Source: an uncultured Chloroflexia bacterium (lineage in GTDB: Bacteria; Chloroflexota; Limnocylindria; Limnocylindrales; CSP1-4). From it: DNA of 64,000 nt. Location: contig CAWIPU010000003.1 of assembly GCA_963838115.1 (NCBI GenBank), positions 26,591 to 90,590 of the forward strand, read 5' to 3'. The position numbers and the translations under genes are program-made. Shown here one piece after another: positions 28,235-36,399 of this stretch. A model generated the notes under the pieces. The model made no database searches. It saw only the letters and a list, made by a program, of their open reading frames with translations, and was not told the origin of the DNA. Numbering within the stretch: the stretch's first letter is position 1; each line of letters begins with the position of its first letter.

Positions 28235-28792
28235 ATGAGCTGGCACGTCCGACGAGCACGCGCGACCGACCTGGCGTCGGTGGCGGAGATCGTCAACCAC
28301 CATATCGAGTTCGGCGTGGCGCATTTCGGGGAGAGCGCCCAGAGCGCCACGGAGTGGACGGCCGATTGGGAGGCCCATCAGGAGCGCTACCCCTGGCTGG
28401 TGGCCGAACGGGTCGGCGCCATCGATGGACTGGCCTACGCCAAGCCCTTCAATACGCGTGCCGCGTATGGCTGGACCGCGGAGGTCTCCGTCTACCTGCG
28501 CGACGGGTGCCAGGGTCAGGGTCTGGGGTCCGCGCTGTATGGCCGACTGATCCCCATCCTCGATGCGCAGGGCTACCGCTGCCTCATCGCCGGCATCACC
28601 ACGCCCAACGACCCCAGCGTGCGGTTGCACGAGTCGTTCGGATTCCGCCACCTGGGGACGCTCGAGCGGGTCGGCTACAAGCACGGCGCCTGGCGCAACG
28701 TCGGTTCCTGGCAGCGGCTGGTGGGGCCTGAGGATGACTCGGATCCGGGGCCGGTATGGTCGGTCAGCGCGGTCGACGACTCGGCTGGATAG
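28235..28792 (+). CDS. GNAT acetyltransferase, phosphinothricin/MddA (Pat) type
   Basis: 'RAAYGWTAEVSVY', 'PNDPSVRLHESFGF', 'GYKHGAW'. Confidence 0.9.
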   Translation: MSWHVRRARATDLASVAEIVNHHIEFGVAHFGESAQSATEWTADWEAHQERYPWLVAERVGAIDGLAYAKPFNTRAAYGWTAEVSVYLRDGCQGQGLGSALYGRLIPILDAQGYRCLIAGITTPNDPSVRLHESFGFRHLGTLERVGYKHGAWRNVGSWQRLVGPEDDSDPGPVWSVSAVDDSAG

Positions 28793-28905
28793 CTTCGCGC
28801 CGACAGGGGAAGACACCTCGTCTCCTGTGCTGATGTTCAACGCGCCCGGGTCGACTTCGCGCCGCTGGTATGTCCGTTCCGCTTGCCGTGCGGTATCTTC
28901 TGCCG

Positions 28906-29454
28906 ATGCAGCACGACTACGACATCCGCGTGGCCCAGGAGGCCGACCTCGAGCAGTTCGCCGAGATCGTCAATCACTACATCGAGACGACGGCCATCAA
29001 CTTCCACGATCGTCCCCAGTCGGAGGCCGATTGGGAGGCGACGTGGCAGGTGCTCCACGAACGCTACCCGTTCATCGTGGCTGAAAAGGACGCAGTGCTG
29101 GGCGGCATCGCCTACGCTTCTCCATGGAAGATGCGCGGTTCGTATGACTGGACCTGCGAGGTCACCGTGTACGTGCGTGCCGGCCACGAACGGCAGGGTA
29201 TCGGCCGAGATCTCTCGGCCCGCATGCTGGAGATCCTCGAAGCGCAGGGTTATCGCGCCGTGGTAGCCGTCATCGCGCTGCCCAACGACGCCAGCGTGGC
29301 GCTCCACGAATCGATCGGCTTCGAGCATTCGGGCACGCTCAAGAACCTCGGTTTCAAGCGTGACGCCTGGCGTGACGTCAGCTTCTGGGAGCGCACCTTC
29401 GGCGATGCCGATACGCCGCCGGAGCCCATCAAGCCGGTCACCCAGGTCGTCTGA
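28906..29454 (+). CDS. GNAT acetyltransferase, Pat type (tandem paralogue)
   Basis: 'RGSYDWTCEVTVY', 'PNDASVALHESIGF', 'GFKRDAW'. Confidence 0.9.
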   Translation: MQHDYDIRVAQEADLEQFAEIVNHYIETTAINFHDRPQSEADWEATWQVLHERYPFIVAEKDAVLGGIAYASPWKMRGSYDWTCEVTVYVRAGHERQGIGRDLSARMLEILEAQGYRAVVAVIALPNDASVALHESIGFEHSGTLKNLGFKRDAWRDVSFWERTFGDADTPPEPIKPVTQVV

Positions 29455-29465
29455 CCCAGTTTCTA

Positions 29466-29499
29466 CATGACTAGCTAGTTAGGCTAGTATCTAGTCATG
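29466..29499. promoter_or_regulatory. Inverted-repeat operator of the TA operon overlapping -10 and start codon
   Basis: CATGACTAG (29466-29474) ... CTAGTCATG (29491-29499); TAGTAT -10 at 29485-29490. Confidence 0.7.
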
Positions 29500-29751
29500 A
29501 TTCGTCTCAACATCCACGAAGCCAAGACACACCTGTCACGGTATCTGCCCGCCTTGGAGGCGGGTGAGACGATCATCCTGTGCAAGCGCAACGTGCCCAT
29601 CGCTGAGATCCGGCCCATCGCGAAGCGTCAGACGGAACCGCGAAAGCTAGGGTTCGCGAAAGGGCAGTTCGAGGTGACCGACGCGTTCTTCGAGCCCCTC
29701 CCGGAGGACATCCTGGCGGCATTCGAAGGTCGTGAAGTGGGCGAGGAGTGA
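29497..29751 (+). CDS. vapB: Phd/YefM-family antitoxin
   Basis: 'LNIHEAKTHLSRYL...GETIILCKRNVPIAEI'. Confidence 0.9.
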   Translation: MIRLNIHEAKTHLSRYLPALEAGETIILCKRNVPIAEIRPIAKRQTEPRKLGFAKGQFEVTDAFFEPLPEDILAAFEGREVGEE

Positions 29752-30134
29752 GGCTGCTGCTCGACACCGTCGCCTTCCTTCTCGCTGCGACTGATGATCC
29801 ACGCCTCAGCTCTCGTTCGAGGGCGATCCTTGAGGACCCAGACAACACGTTGTACCTGAGTGCCGCATCGGCATGGGAGATCGGGGTCAAGCACGCCAGC
29901 GGCAAGCTCCCCTTGCCCCAGTCGCCGGAGCGATATGTCCCTAGACTTCGTGAGGAAATGAGGATCGAGACGCTGCCGCTATCCGAGGAGACCGCACTTC
30001 GCGCCGGCCGACTGCCGGGCATCCACGGCGACCCGTTCGACCGCATGCTCGTCTCGCAGGCCATCTCGATGGGGTTGACCATCGTGACGCCCGACGAGGC
30101 CATCCGGCAGTATCCCGTGCCGACGATCTGGTAG
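29748..30134 (+). CDS. vapC: PIN-domain toxin VapC
   Basis: 'LLLDT', 'SAASAWEI', 'HGDPFDRMLVSQA'; GTGA overlap. Confidence 0.93.
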   Translation: MRLLLDTVAFLLAATDDPRLSSRSRAILEDPDNTLYLSAASAWEIGVKHASGKLPLPQSPERYVPRLREEMRIETLPLSEETALRAGRLPGIHGDPFDRMLVSQAISMGLTIVTPDEAIRQYPVPTIW

Positions 30135-30197
30135 CCGAGGACGACCGACCAGCGGACTGCTAGCGTCTCGTCATCCACGCAGGTGAAGGGGGAGGGG

Positions 30198-30457
30198 ATG
30201 GCCTACACGTACGCAGTCCTCGGAGGCGGCCGACAGGGAACCGCTGCGGTCTATGACATGGCGCTCAACGGCGACGCAATCGTGTGCTCATCGCTGACAT
30301 CAGCGCCGATGCGGCTCGTCGCTCGGCCGAGCGCGTCAACGCGCTCATGGGCTCGGAGGTCGCGCACGCGCAGCAGCTGGACGTCACCGATCGCGACGCC
30401 CTGGTCGCGTTCCTGAAGCCGATCGACTCTTTTCTCTCCGCCGTGCCCTACTGGAAC
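30198..30457 (+). pseudogene. N-terminal remnant of a saccharopine/lysine dehydrogenase-like gene, frameshifted and truncated
   Basis: 'MAYTYAVLGGGRQGTAAVYDMA' then after a frameshift near 30278 'VLIADISADAARRSAERVN...LDVTDRDAL...LSAVPYWN'; similarity ends there. Confidence 0.7.
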
Positions 30458-30569
30458 ACCGAACGGCGTGCGGGCCATCGGTTGCCGGGTGCGCGTACCC
30501 TGTGGTGGGGCGTCGCGCACAAGGTCGAGGGCACCGTTCGGGGAGCGGTCCTGGGCGGAGGAGGATCAC

Positions 30570-31559
30570 ATGAAGGCCATCGTCCGGAGCGCATACGGAC
30601 CGCCTGAGTCGCTGACGCTGGCCCAGGTCGAGACGCCCATGCCGGGCGACGGCGAGGTCCTGCTGCAGGTGTGTGCGTCATCGGTCAACGCGGCCGACTT
30701 GGACTACCTGTACGGCCGACCGGCAATGACCCGGATGGGCACCGGGCTGCGGCGGCCCAAGAGCCCGCGGCTAGGCCTCGATGTGGCCGGAGTGGTGGAA
30801 TCAGTCGGGCCAGGTGTGACCCGTTTCGCGATCGGGGACAAGGTCTTCGGCGACCTTACCGAATGTGGCTACGGCGCCTTCGCCGAGTACGCCATCGCGA
30901 CCGAGGAGGCGCTGGCACCGAAACCCGCCGCGCTGACGTTCGAGGAGGCCGCGACCGTGCCCCAGTCGGCCGTCCTGGCATTGCAGGGCCTGCGTGCCTG
31001 GAAGCCCCTCAAGGCTGGGCAAACGGTCCTGGTGAACGGGGCTTCCGGCAACGTCGGGCCTTTCGCGCTGCAGCTCGCGCGGGCCTACGGCGCCGCGGTG
31101 ACCGGCGTCTGCAGCACGGCCAAGGTCGACTTCGTGCGGTCGCTGGGCGTGGACGACGTCATCGACTACACGCGGGCGGACTACACCGCTAGCGGGCGGC
31201 GCTGGGACCGCATCGTGGACGTGGCCGCCCACCGTTCGGTCTTCGCGGCTCGCCGATCGCTACGACCCGGCGGTGTCTATGCCTGGGCCGGCGGTGACAT
31301 GCGGTCGCTGCTGGGCGTGGTGACCATCGGGACCGCGCTCTCGATCGTCAGCAGCCGCAAGTCGAGCCTTTTCTCCTGGAAGCCGGCGAACCCGCAAGAC
31401 ATGGCCGAGTTGACCAGGATCATCGAGGCTGGCCAACTCAAGCCGCGCATCGACCGCACGTTCAGTCTGGAACAGGTGCCGGAGGCGCTGCGCTACCTGG
31501 AGGACGAGCGCGCCATGGGCAAACTGGTCATCACCATCGGGCGTGAGTCGCCGACCTGA
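30570..31559 (+). CDS. NAD(P)-dependent MDR oxidoreductase (quinone-reductase-like)
   Basis: GGAGGAGG RBS; 'SVNAAD', 'GAFAEY', 'VLVNGASGNVG', 'GKLVI'. Confidence 0.92.
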   Translation: MKAIVRSAYGPPESLTLAQVETPMPGDGEVLLQVCASSVNAADLDYLYGRPAMTRMGTGLRRPKSPRLGLDVAGVVESVGPGVTRFAIGDKVFGDLTECGYGAFAEYAIATEEALAPKPAALTFEEAATVPQSAVLALQGLRAWKPLKAGQTVLVNGASGNVGPFALQLARAYGAAVTGVCSTAKVDFVRSLGVDDVIDYTRADYTASGRRWDRIVDVAAHRSVFAARRSLRPGGVYAWAGGDMRSLLGVVTIGTALSIVSSRKSSLFSWKPANPQDMAELTRIIEAGQLKPRIDRTFSLEQVPEALRYLEDERAMGKLVITIGRESPT

Positions 31560-31670
31560 CGTGCGGTGGGGGCGCGGCTAGGGTACCGTCCGCCGAACAC
31601 GCGGGCGTCTTTCGCGTACCGCGCCACAGGCCGGGCGATCATGCCCGCAAGAGATGGAGGATCCCGCCAC

Positions 31671-32519
31671 ATGAGAGCACGTTTCGGCATCTCGCTCGGC
31701 ATCTCGCTCGTCCTCTCGCTACTGGCCGCACTGCCCGCCATGGCCATCACCAAGCACTATGAGAAGGACTACGTGCATCCGTTCGTGGGGCTGATCGTCT
31801 TCTACGACGAGAACGACGTCTTCAGCCATCGCTGTTCCGGCTCGCTCATCGACTCCACGACCTTCGTCACGGCTGGCCATTGCACCGACGACGAGCAGGG
31901 CGGGGTCATGACCTCGGCTCGTATCTGGTTCAACCAGGCCGGCGGAGCGGGATACGACCCCGACACCGACATCGACCCTGTCAGCGGCTATCCCTCGGAA
32001 TGCCGCATCGCCGAGTGCCGTATCTCGCATGAGATGTACAACTATGGTTTTGACGCGTTCACCGGCTTCCCCGACACCCACGATGTCGGCGTGGTCATCC
32101 TCGACGAGGGCTACAAGCCGGGCCTTTTCGGGAAACTGCCAAAGGGCGATGTCCTGAACGATGCATTCAAGGGTGCGCGGGGCGGCAAGGATGTCTTCTT
32201 CCGCGCCAGCGGTTACGGCCTTTCCTACGCCAGCCCGGTCCGAGCCGTCTCGTTCCGCGAGCGCCTGATGGCCGATGGCAAACTGGTCAACCTCAAGAGC
32301 GCCAACAACGCAGGCTTCAACCTGCAGACCCAGGGCAACGGCAAGGGCAAGGGCGGCACCTGCAGCGGTGACTCGGGCGGCCCCATCTTCTATCCCAAGG
32401 CCAGCAACCAGATCGTGGCCGTGACCTCATTCGGCATGAACGCCAACTGTCGTGGTGTCGACTTCGCCTATCGGCTCGACCGTCCGGATGTCCTCGCTTG
32501 GATCGAGAACCCAGACTGA
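31671..32519 (+). CDS. Secreted trypsin-like (S1) serine protease
   Basis: Signal peptide; catalytic triad motifs TAGHC, HDVGV, GDSGGP. Confidence 0.9.
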   Translation: MRARFGISLGISLVLSLLAALPAMAITKHYEKDYVHPFVGLIVFYDENDVFSHRCSGSLIDSTTFVTAGHCTDDEQGGVMTSARIWFNQAGGAGYDPDTDIDPVSGYPSECRIAECRISHEMYNYGFDAFTGFPDTHDVGVVILDEGYKPGLFGKLPKGDVLNDAFKGARGGKDVFFRASGYGLSYASPVRAVSFRERLMADGKLVNLKSANNAGFNLQTQGNGKGKGGTCSGDSGGPIFYPKASNQIVAVTSFGMNANCRGVDFAYRLDRPDVLAWIENPD

Positions 32520-32618
32520 GCCGACGCTCCGACAGCCACCATGGAGACGGGCCCCGGACGCGGGTGATCGGGGTCCATCCTTCTCGGCTGCACTGAAAGG
32601 ACGGGTAGGGCTTTGGAC

Positions 32619-33395
32619 ATGGGTGTGAGCGGCCAGCTGGCCGTCGTGACAGGGGCTAGCGCCGGTATCGGCTTCGCCATCTCAAGCGTCTTCATCGAAG
32701 AGGGTGCGGAGGTCGTCATCAACGGTCGCGACGCGGCCAAGCTCGACGCCGCGTGCCAGAAGCTCGGCCCGCGCGCGCGTGGGATCGTGGCCGATCTGAC
32801 GACGCCGGAGGGCGCGGACGCGCTCTACGCCTTCGCAGCCGAGCGCGGGCCGATCGAGTTCCTGGTGAACAACATCGGCCGCTTCGAGCCCGAGGACTTC
32901 TTCGAGATCAGTGATGAGCGCTGGCTGGAGTACTTCGAGGCCAATCTGATGACCGGGATCCGCATCACCCGGTTGGTCATGCGGGAGATGCTCGATCGCG
33001 ATCGTGGGTCGATCGCCTTCATCGCCAGCGAGGCGGCCCTGCGATCGCTGCCACACATGGTGCACTACTCCACGACCAAGACCGCCCTGCTCGGCCTCTC
33101 CCGGTCGCTGGCCGAACTGACCCGTGGCACCAACGTCCGCGTCAACGCCTATCTGCCTGGACCGACCGCGACGGAGTCGTCTCGGCCCTACTTTGCCGGA
33201 GTGGCACAGCAGCGCGGTACGACGACGGAGGCGGCGATCGCCGAGTTCTTCCGGACCGACATGCCTGACTCGCTGTTGCAGGACTTCATCGAGCCACGAC
33301 TGCACGGCCGTGCGCTGGTCCAGCTGATGACCAACCCGGCCCAGAATGGGACCGCCATGCGAGGCGATGGTGGCGCCGTCCGATCGATCATCTGA
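32619..33395 (+). CDS. SDR family oxidoreductase
   Basis: TGASAGIG, VNNIG, YSTTK. Confidence 0.9.
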   Translation: MGVSGQLAVVTGASAGIGFAISSVFIEEGAEVVINGRDAAKLDAACQKLGPRARGIVADLTTPEGADALYAFAAERGPIEFLVNNIGRFEPEDFFEISDERWLEYFEANLMTGIRITRLVMREMLDRDRGSIAFIASEAALRSLPHMVHYSTTKTALLGLSRSLAELTRGTNVRVNAYLPGPTATESSRPYFAGVAQQRGTTTEAAIAEFFRTDMPDSLLQDFIEPRLHGRALVQLMTNPAQNGTAMRGDGGAVRSII

Positions 33396-33455
33396 GGGTC
33401 GGCCGAACACGGGATGGTCGAAACCAACGCTCTGTGCGTAGACTTGCGCTGTAGA

Positions 33456-33531
33456 GTCCCCGTAGCTCAGTGGACAGAGCAGCCGCCTTCTAAGCGGCCG
33501 GTCGCAGGTTCGAACCCTGCCGGGGACGCCA
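33456..33531 (+). tRNA. tRNA-Arg (anticodon TCT)
   Basis: GTCCCCG/CGGGGAC acceptor, GCCGC-CTTCTAA-GCGGC, GGTTCGAACCC, encoded CCA. Confidence 0.97.
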
Positions 33532-33851
33532 TCCTTATCGTATCGCGGTGGGAAAGCGCGACTTCCAAAGCCTGAGGGGGACGTGACACCGGCGCGCCGG
33601 TCATTCGGGCAGGGTCTGATCTCGGTCCATGGGGGCGCGCTGCTGTGACGCAGCTGCGGAGTGGCCAGACCCAGGTGCAGGGACGCGTCGAGAGGTCACG
33701 CGAGTGGTGGACGGACCCTGTCGCCTGTGTCCGGATCGCTGGTCGAGGACAGGATCGGGTCGTGGTCGCCCACCTGCCGAGCGCACGACGCTTGACGCAC
33801 GGTGCTCCGCTTCGACGTATCGTCAGTCTCTGCACTAGATAGGAGAACACG

Positions 33852-34130
33852 ATGACCGATGAACTCGGCGGGCGCGAGTCCCCGCGGACCCGCGCGACCC
33901 GGGGTCGCCAATTCAAGCCACATACACTGGAGCTCGCGGACGGCGGAAGGCTCGTCTTGGGTGTCGACGGCTCGATCGACCACATCGATGAGCGTGGCAC
34001 CGGTATGCAGCGCTGGGATCCCGACGACCCAGAGTGGCCGGATCAGGCCATCCGGTTCGGGCTATACCCGCAGGCTCCCACCATCGCTCCACACGGGCAG
34101 GTCCAGGGGGCGAAGCCACCGCGACGGTAG
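33852..34130 (+). CDS. Small hypothetical protein
   Basis: AGGAG RBS; plausible beta-rich sequence. Confidence 0.6.
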   Translation: MTDELGGRESPRTRATRGRQFKPHTLELADGGRLVLGVDGSIDHIDERGTGMQRWDPDDPEWPDQAIRFGLYPQAPTIAPHGQVQGAKPPRR

Positions 34131-34192
34131 CGCTCCAGGATCGCCGAGCACACCAGGCGCGCCCCAACGACAGGACGTGTGTCGGTCGGTGG

Positions 34193-35263
34193 TCAGGCGA
34201 GCCCGGGCAGTGAGCCGTCGGGGTCGTAGCGGCCGAGTGTCTTGGCGGCCTCGATCAGTGCGTGGATGTTCTCCGCCGGCGTCTCCGGCGGCAGTGCGCA
34301 CCCCGCGGCGAGGATGAGCCCACCGCCGGGACCCAGGATGGACAGCTCTTGGCGGGCGGCCTCGGTGACACCATCGGGCGTCCCGCGCGACATGATCCCA
34401 GAGGGGTCGATGGTGCCGATGATGGTGGCTCGGCCCCGGGTCGCCTCCTTGATGGCTGCCAAGTCGCACTTGTAGTCGAGGCCCAGCATCGTCGCGCCGG
34501 TCTCGACCATGTCCGGCACGATTCCGGTGGCGTTGCCGCAGATGTGGTTCTGCAGTCGAACGCCGTCCTTCAGCAGGCGCTGGGTCACGGCCTGCTCATG
34601 TGGCCAGGCGATCTCTCGATAGATGGCTGGTGAGCAGACATCAGGCCCGGCGATGGACTCACCCATCGAGGTAGTGTGGGCGCCGGCTTCGATCTGCGCG
34701 ACCGCAAAGCGGTAGAACGCCTCCTCGCAGAAGTCGAGTAGCTGGTGCAGCTTGTCCCGCGCCCCGGGGTTCATCTGGGCCATCAGGAACTCCTCCATGC
34801 CCACGATCATCGAGGCCAGGGAAAAGGGACCTTGGTCGGCGAGACCCATGACGTGGCCGTGCTCACCGACCTCCCTGGCCACGATGCGCGTGGCCTTGAG
34901 CATCTCCACCAGCGGTTCGGTCTTCTCGGGGTCGGGCAGCTTCAACTTGTCGATGTCGTCAAGGCTGGTGATGGCCGGCTCCAGCGACACCGGGGCGGAA
35001 TTCTCCAGCAGCTCCACGCCTACCCCGCATGCCTGTGCGAGGGTGGCCGTGCCACTTTCCACGAACAGCATGTCGTGGCCGAACTCCCGCCACTGCGCGA
35101 GCAGCCCTTCGGCGAGCGCCTCGCCGTTGCGCATGAACTCCGGGAAGGGCACCGACGACTCCTGCGCCGCGACCATGAAGTCGTGCAACTCGACGGGGAC
35201 GCGGTCAGGGATGCCCCCCGCCAGCACGGTCTCGACTCGTTCGACCGCCGTCATCATGGACAT
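34193..35263 (-). CDS. Uroporphyrinogen decarboxylase / MtaA-CmuA methyltransferase family protein
   Basis: 'DRVPV', 'GPFSLA', 'NHICG', 'LAAGCALP..TP.EN'; start at MSMMTAVERV. Confidence 0.85.
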   Translation of the reverse strand: MSMMTAVERVETVLAGGIPDRVPVELHDFMVAAQESSVPFPEFMRNGEALAEGLLAQWREFGHDMLFVESGTATLAQACGVGVELLENSAPVSLEPAITSLDDIDKLKLPDPEKTEPLVEMLKATRIVAREVGEHGHVMGLADQGPFSLASMIVGMEEFLMAQMNPGARDKLHQLLDFCEEAFYRFAVAQIEAGAHTTSMGESIAGPDVCSPAIYREIAWPHEQAVTQRLLKDGVRLQNHICGNATGIVPDMVETGATMLGLDYKCDLAAIKEATRGRATIIGTIDPSGIMSRGTPDGVTEAARQELSILGPGGGLILAAGCALPPETPAENIHALIEAAKTLGRYDPDGSLPGLA

Positions 35264-35494
35264 CGCCGGATGGTAGCAGTTGGTTTCCCGAGGGCCTGCT
35301 CGAGTTTCGTTCTTCTTGCCCCGGTCACCGCCGTGACCGTGTCGTCTCAAACCACCGCCGGATCGCGGCCGGCGCCGCCACGGACGTACCCTGACGTCCG
35401 AAGTACCTCGTGACGCCGCCCTTCGGCTCCGCCGATCGCCGTGCGCCTCGGCCGGGGTCGAACTCCCGGAGGACCGAACAGCGAAGATGTGGCG

Positions 35495-35800
35495 GTGACA
35501 TCGATCGCGGACGGACCCGAGCTGATACCAAGCCTGCAGGAACGGGCTGCTCGCGCTCAGCCGGCCGCGCACATCAGCGATCTCAAGGGCTGGAGGCTGG
35601 GCGTGGCGCCTGGCTGCTCCTGGTGGATCGGTACGGTGCTGCGCACGCCACACCCGGACCCAACGAGATGGCGCAGGGTCGACCAGGTGGAGCGGTTCTA
35701 TGCTGTCTGCGCCGCCAAGCCGAGCTTCCAGATCACCCCGGGGGTGTGCCCCGATGGGCTCGACGAGCTGCTGGCAGGGCGCGGCTATCGGCTTGAGGGC
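35495..35800 (+). pseudogene. Truncated N-terminal fragment of a GNAT-like acetyltransferase
   Basis: 'LQERAARAQPA...GCSWWIGTVL...ERFY...FQITPGVCPDGLDELLAGRGY' with no acetyl-CoA-binding half; family recalled, not searched. Confidence 0.5.
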
Positions 35801-35830
35801 AGCGGGGCCAGGGCCGGGATCCGAGGATGC

Positions 35831-36214
35831 TCAGTCCATCGCTGAGAACAGGAACAGGACCAGCGCGAGGGCACCGGCCACGATCGCCACCGTCAGAGCC
35901 AAGTGCGCGAGGATGGCCGGCCGATAGGTGCCCGTGTCGATCTCGCGTTCGGTGCGCACGAAGCGGTAGGCACCCATCATCGAGACGACCGCGCCTAGCA
36001 CCACGATGGCGATGCCGATGATCGAGCCCGTCGCCACCGAGCTGCCGTCTTCGAGGGCGAAGCGGTCGACCAGGAAGCCGATGGCTACCACACCCAGGGC
36101 CGTGCGTTGCCAGGCCAAGAGCGTTCGCTCGTTGGCCAGGTGGTCGCGAACAGCCGCTTCGGGCATGTCCCGGCGGTCAGTCCGCTGCGGGCTGCCATTC
36201 GAGTCAGTCATCAC
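35831..36214 (-). CDS. YidH/DUF202 membrane protein
   Basis: 'RDHLANERTLLAWQRT' signature plus 3 TM helices. Confidence 0.9.
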   Translation of the reverse strand: MMTDSNGSPQRTDRRDMPEAAVRDHLANERTLLAWQRTALGVVAIGFLVDRFALEDGSSVATGSIIGIAIVVLGAVVSMMGAYRFVRTEREIDTGTYRPAILAHLALTVAIVAGALALVLFLFSAMD

Positions 36215-36399
36215 CGATCCTCATCGGCCCATTCTGCAGCACCGCCACGTCAAGCACTCCGGCCCGATGCGGTGCGTATCGGCAACACGTTGCAGCGGAT
36301 GGTGTGCCTTAGGGCGGCTACGCGTGGGTCTGGGTTAGCAGCAGCGGGGTATGCTCCGCGTCTGTCGTCCTGGTCGTGCGGGATGAGAGGGGATAAGAG

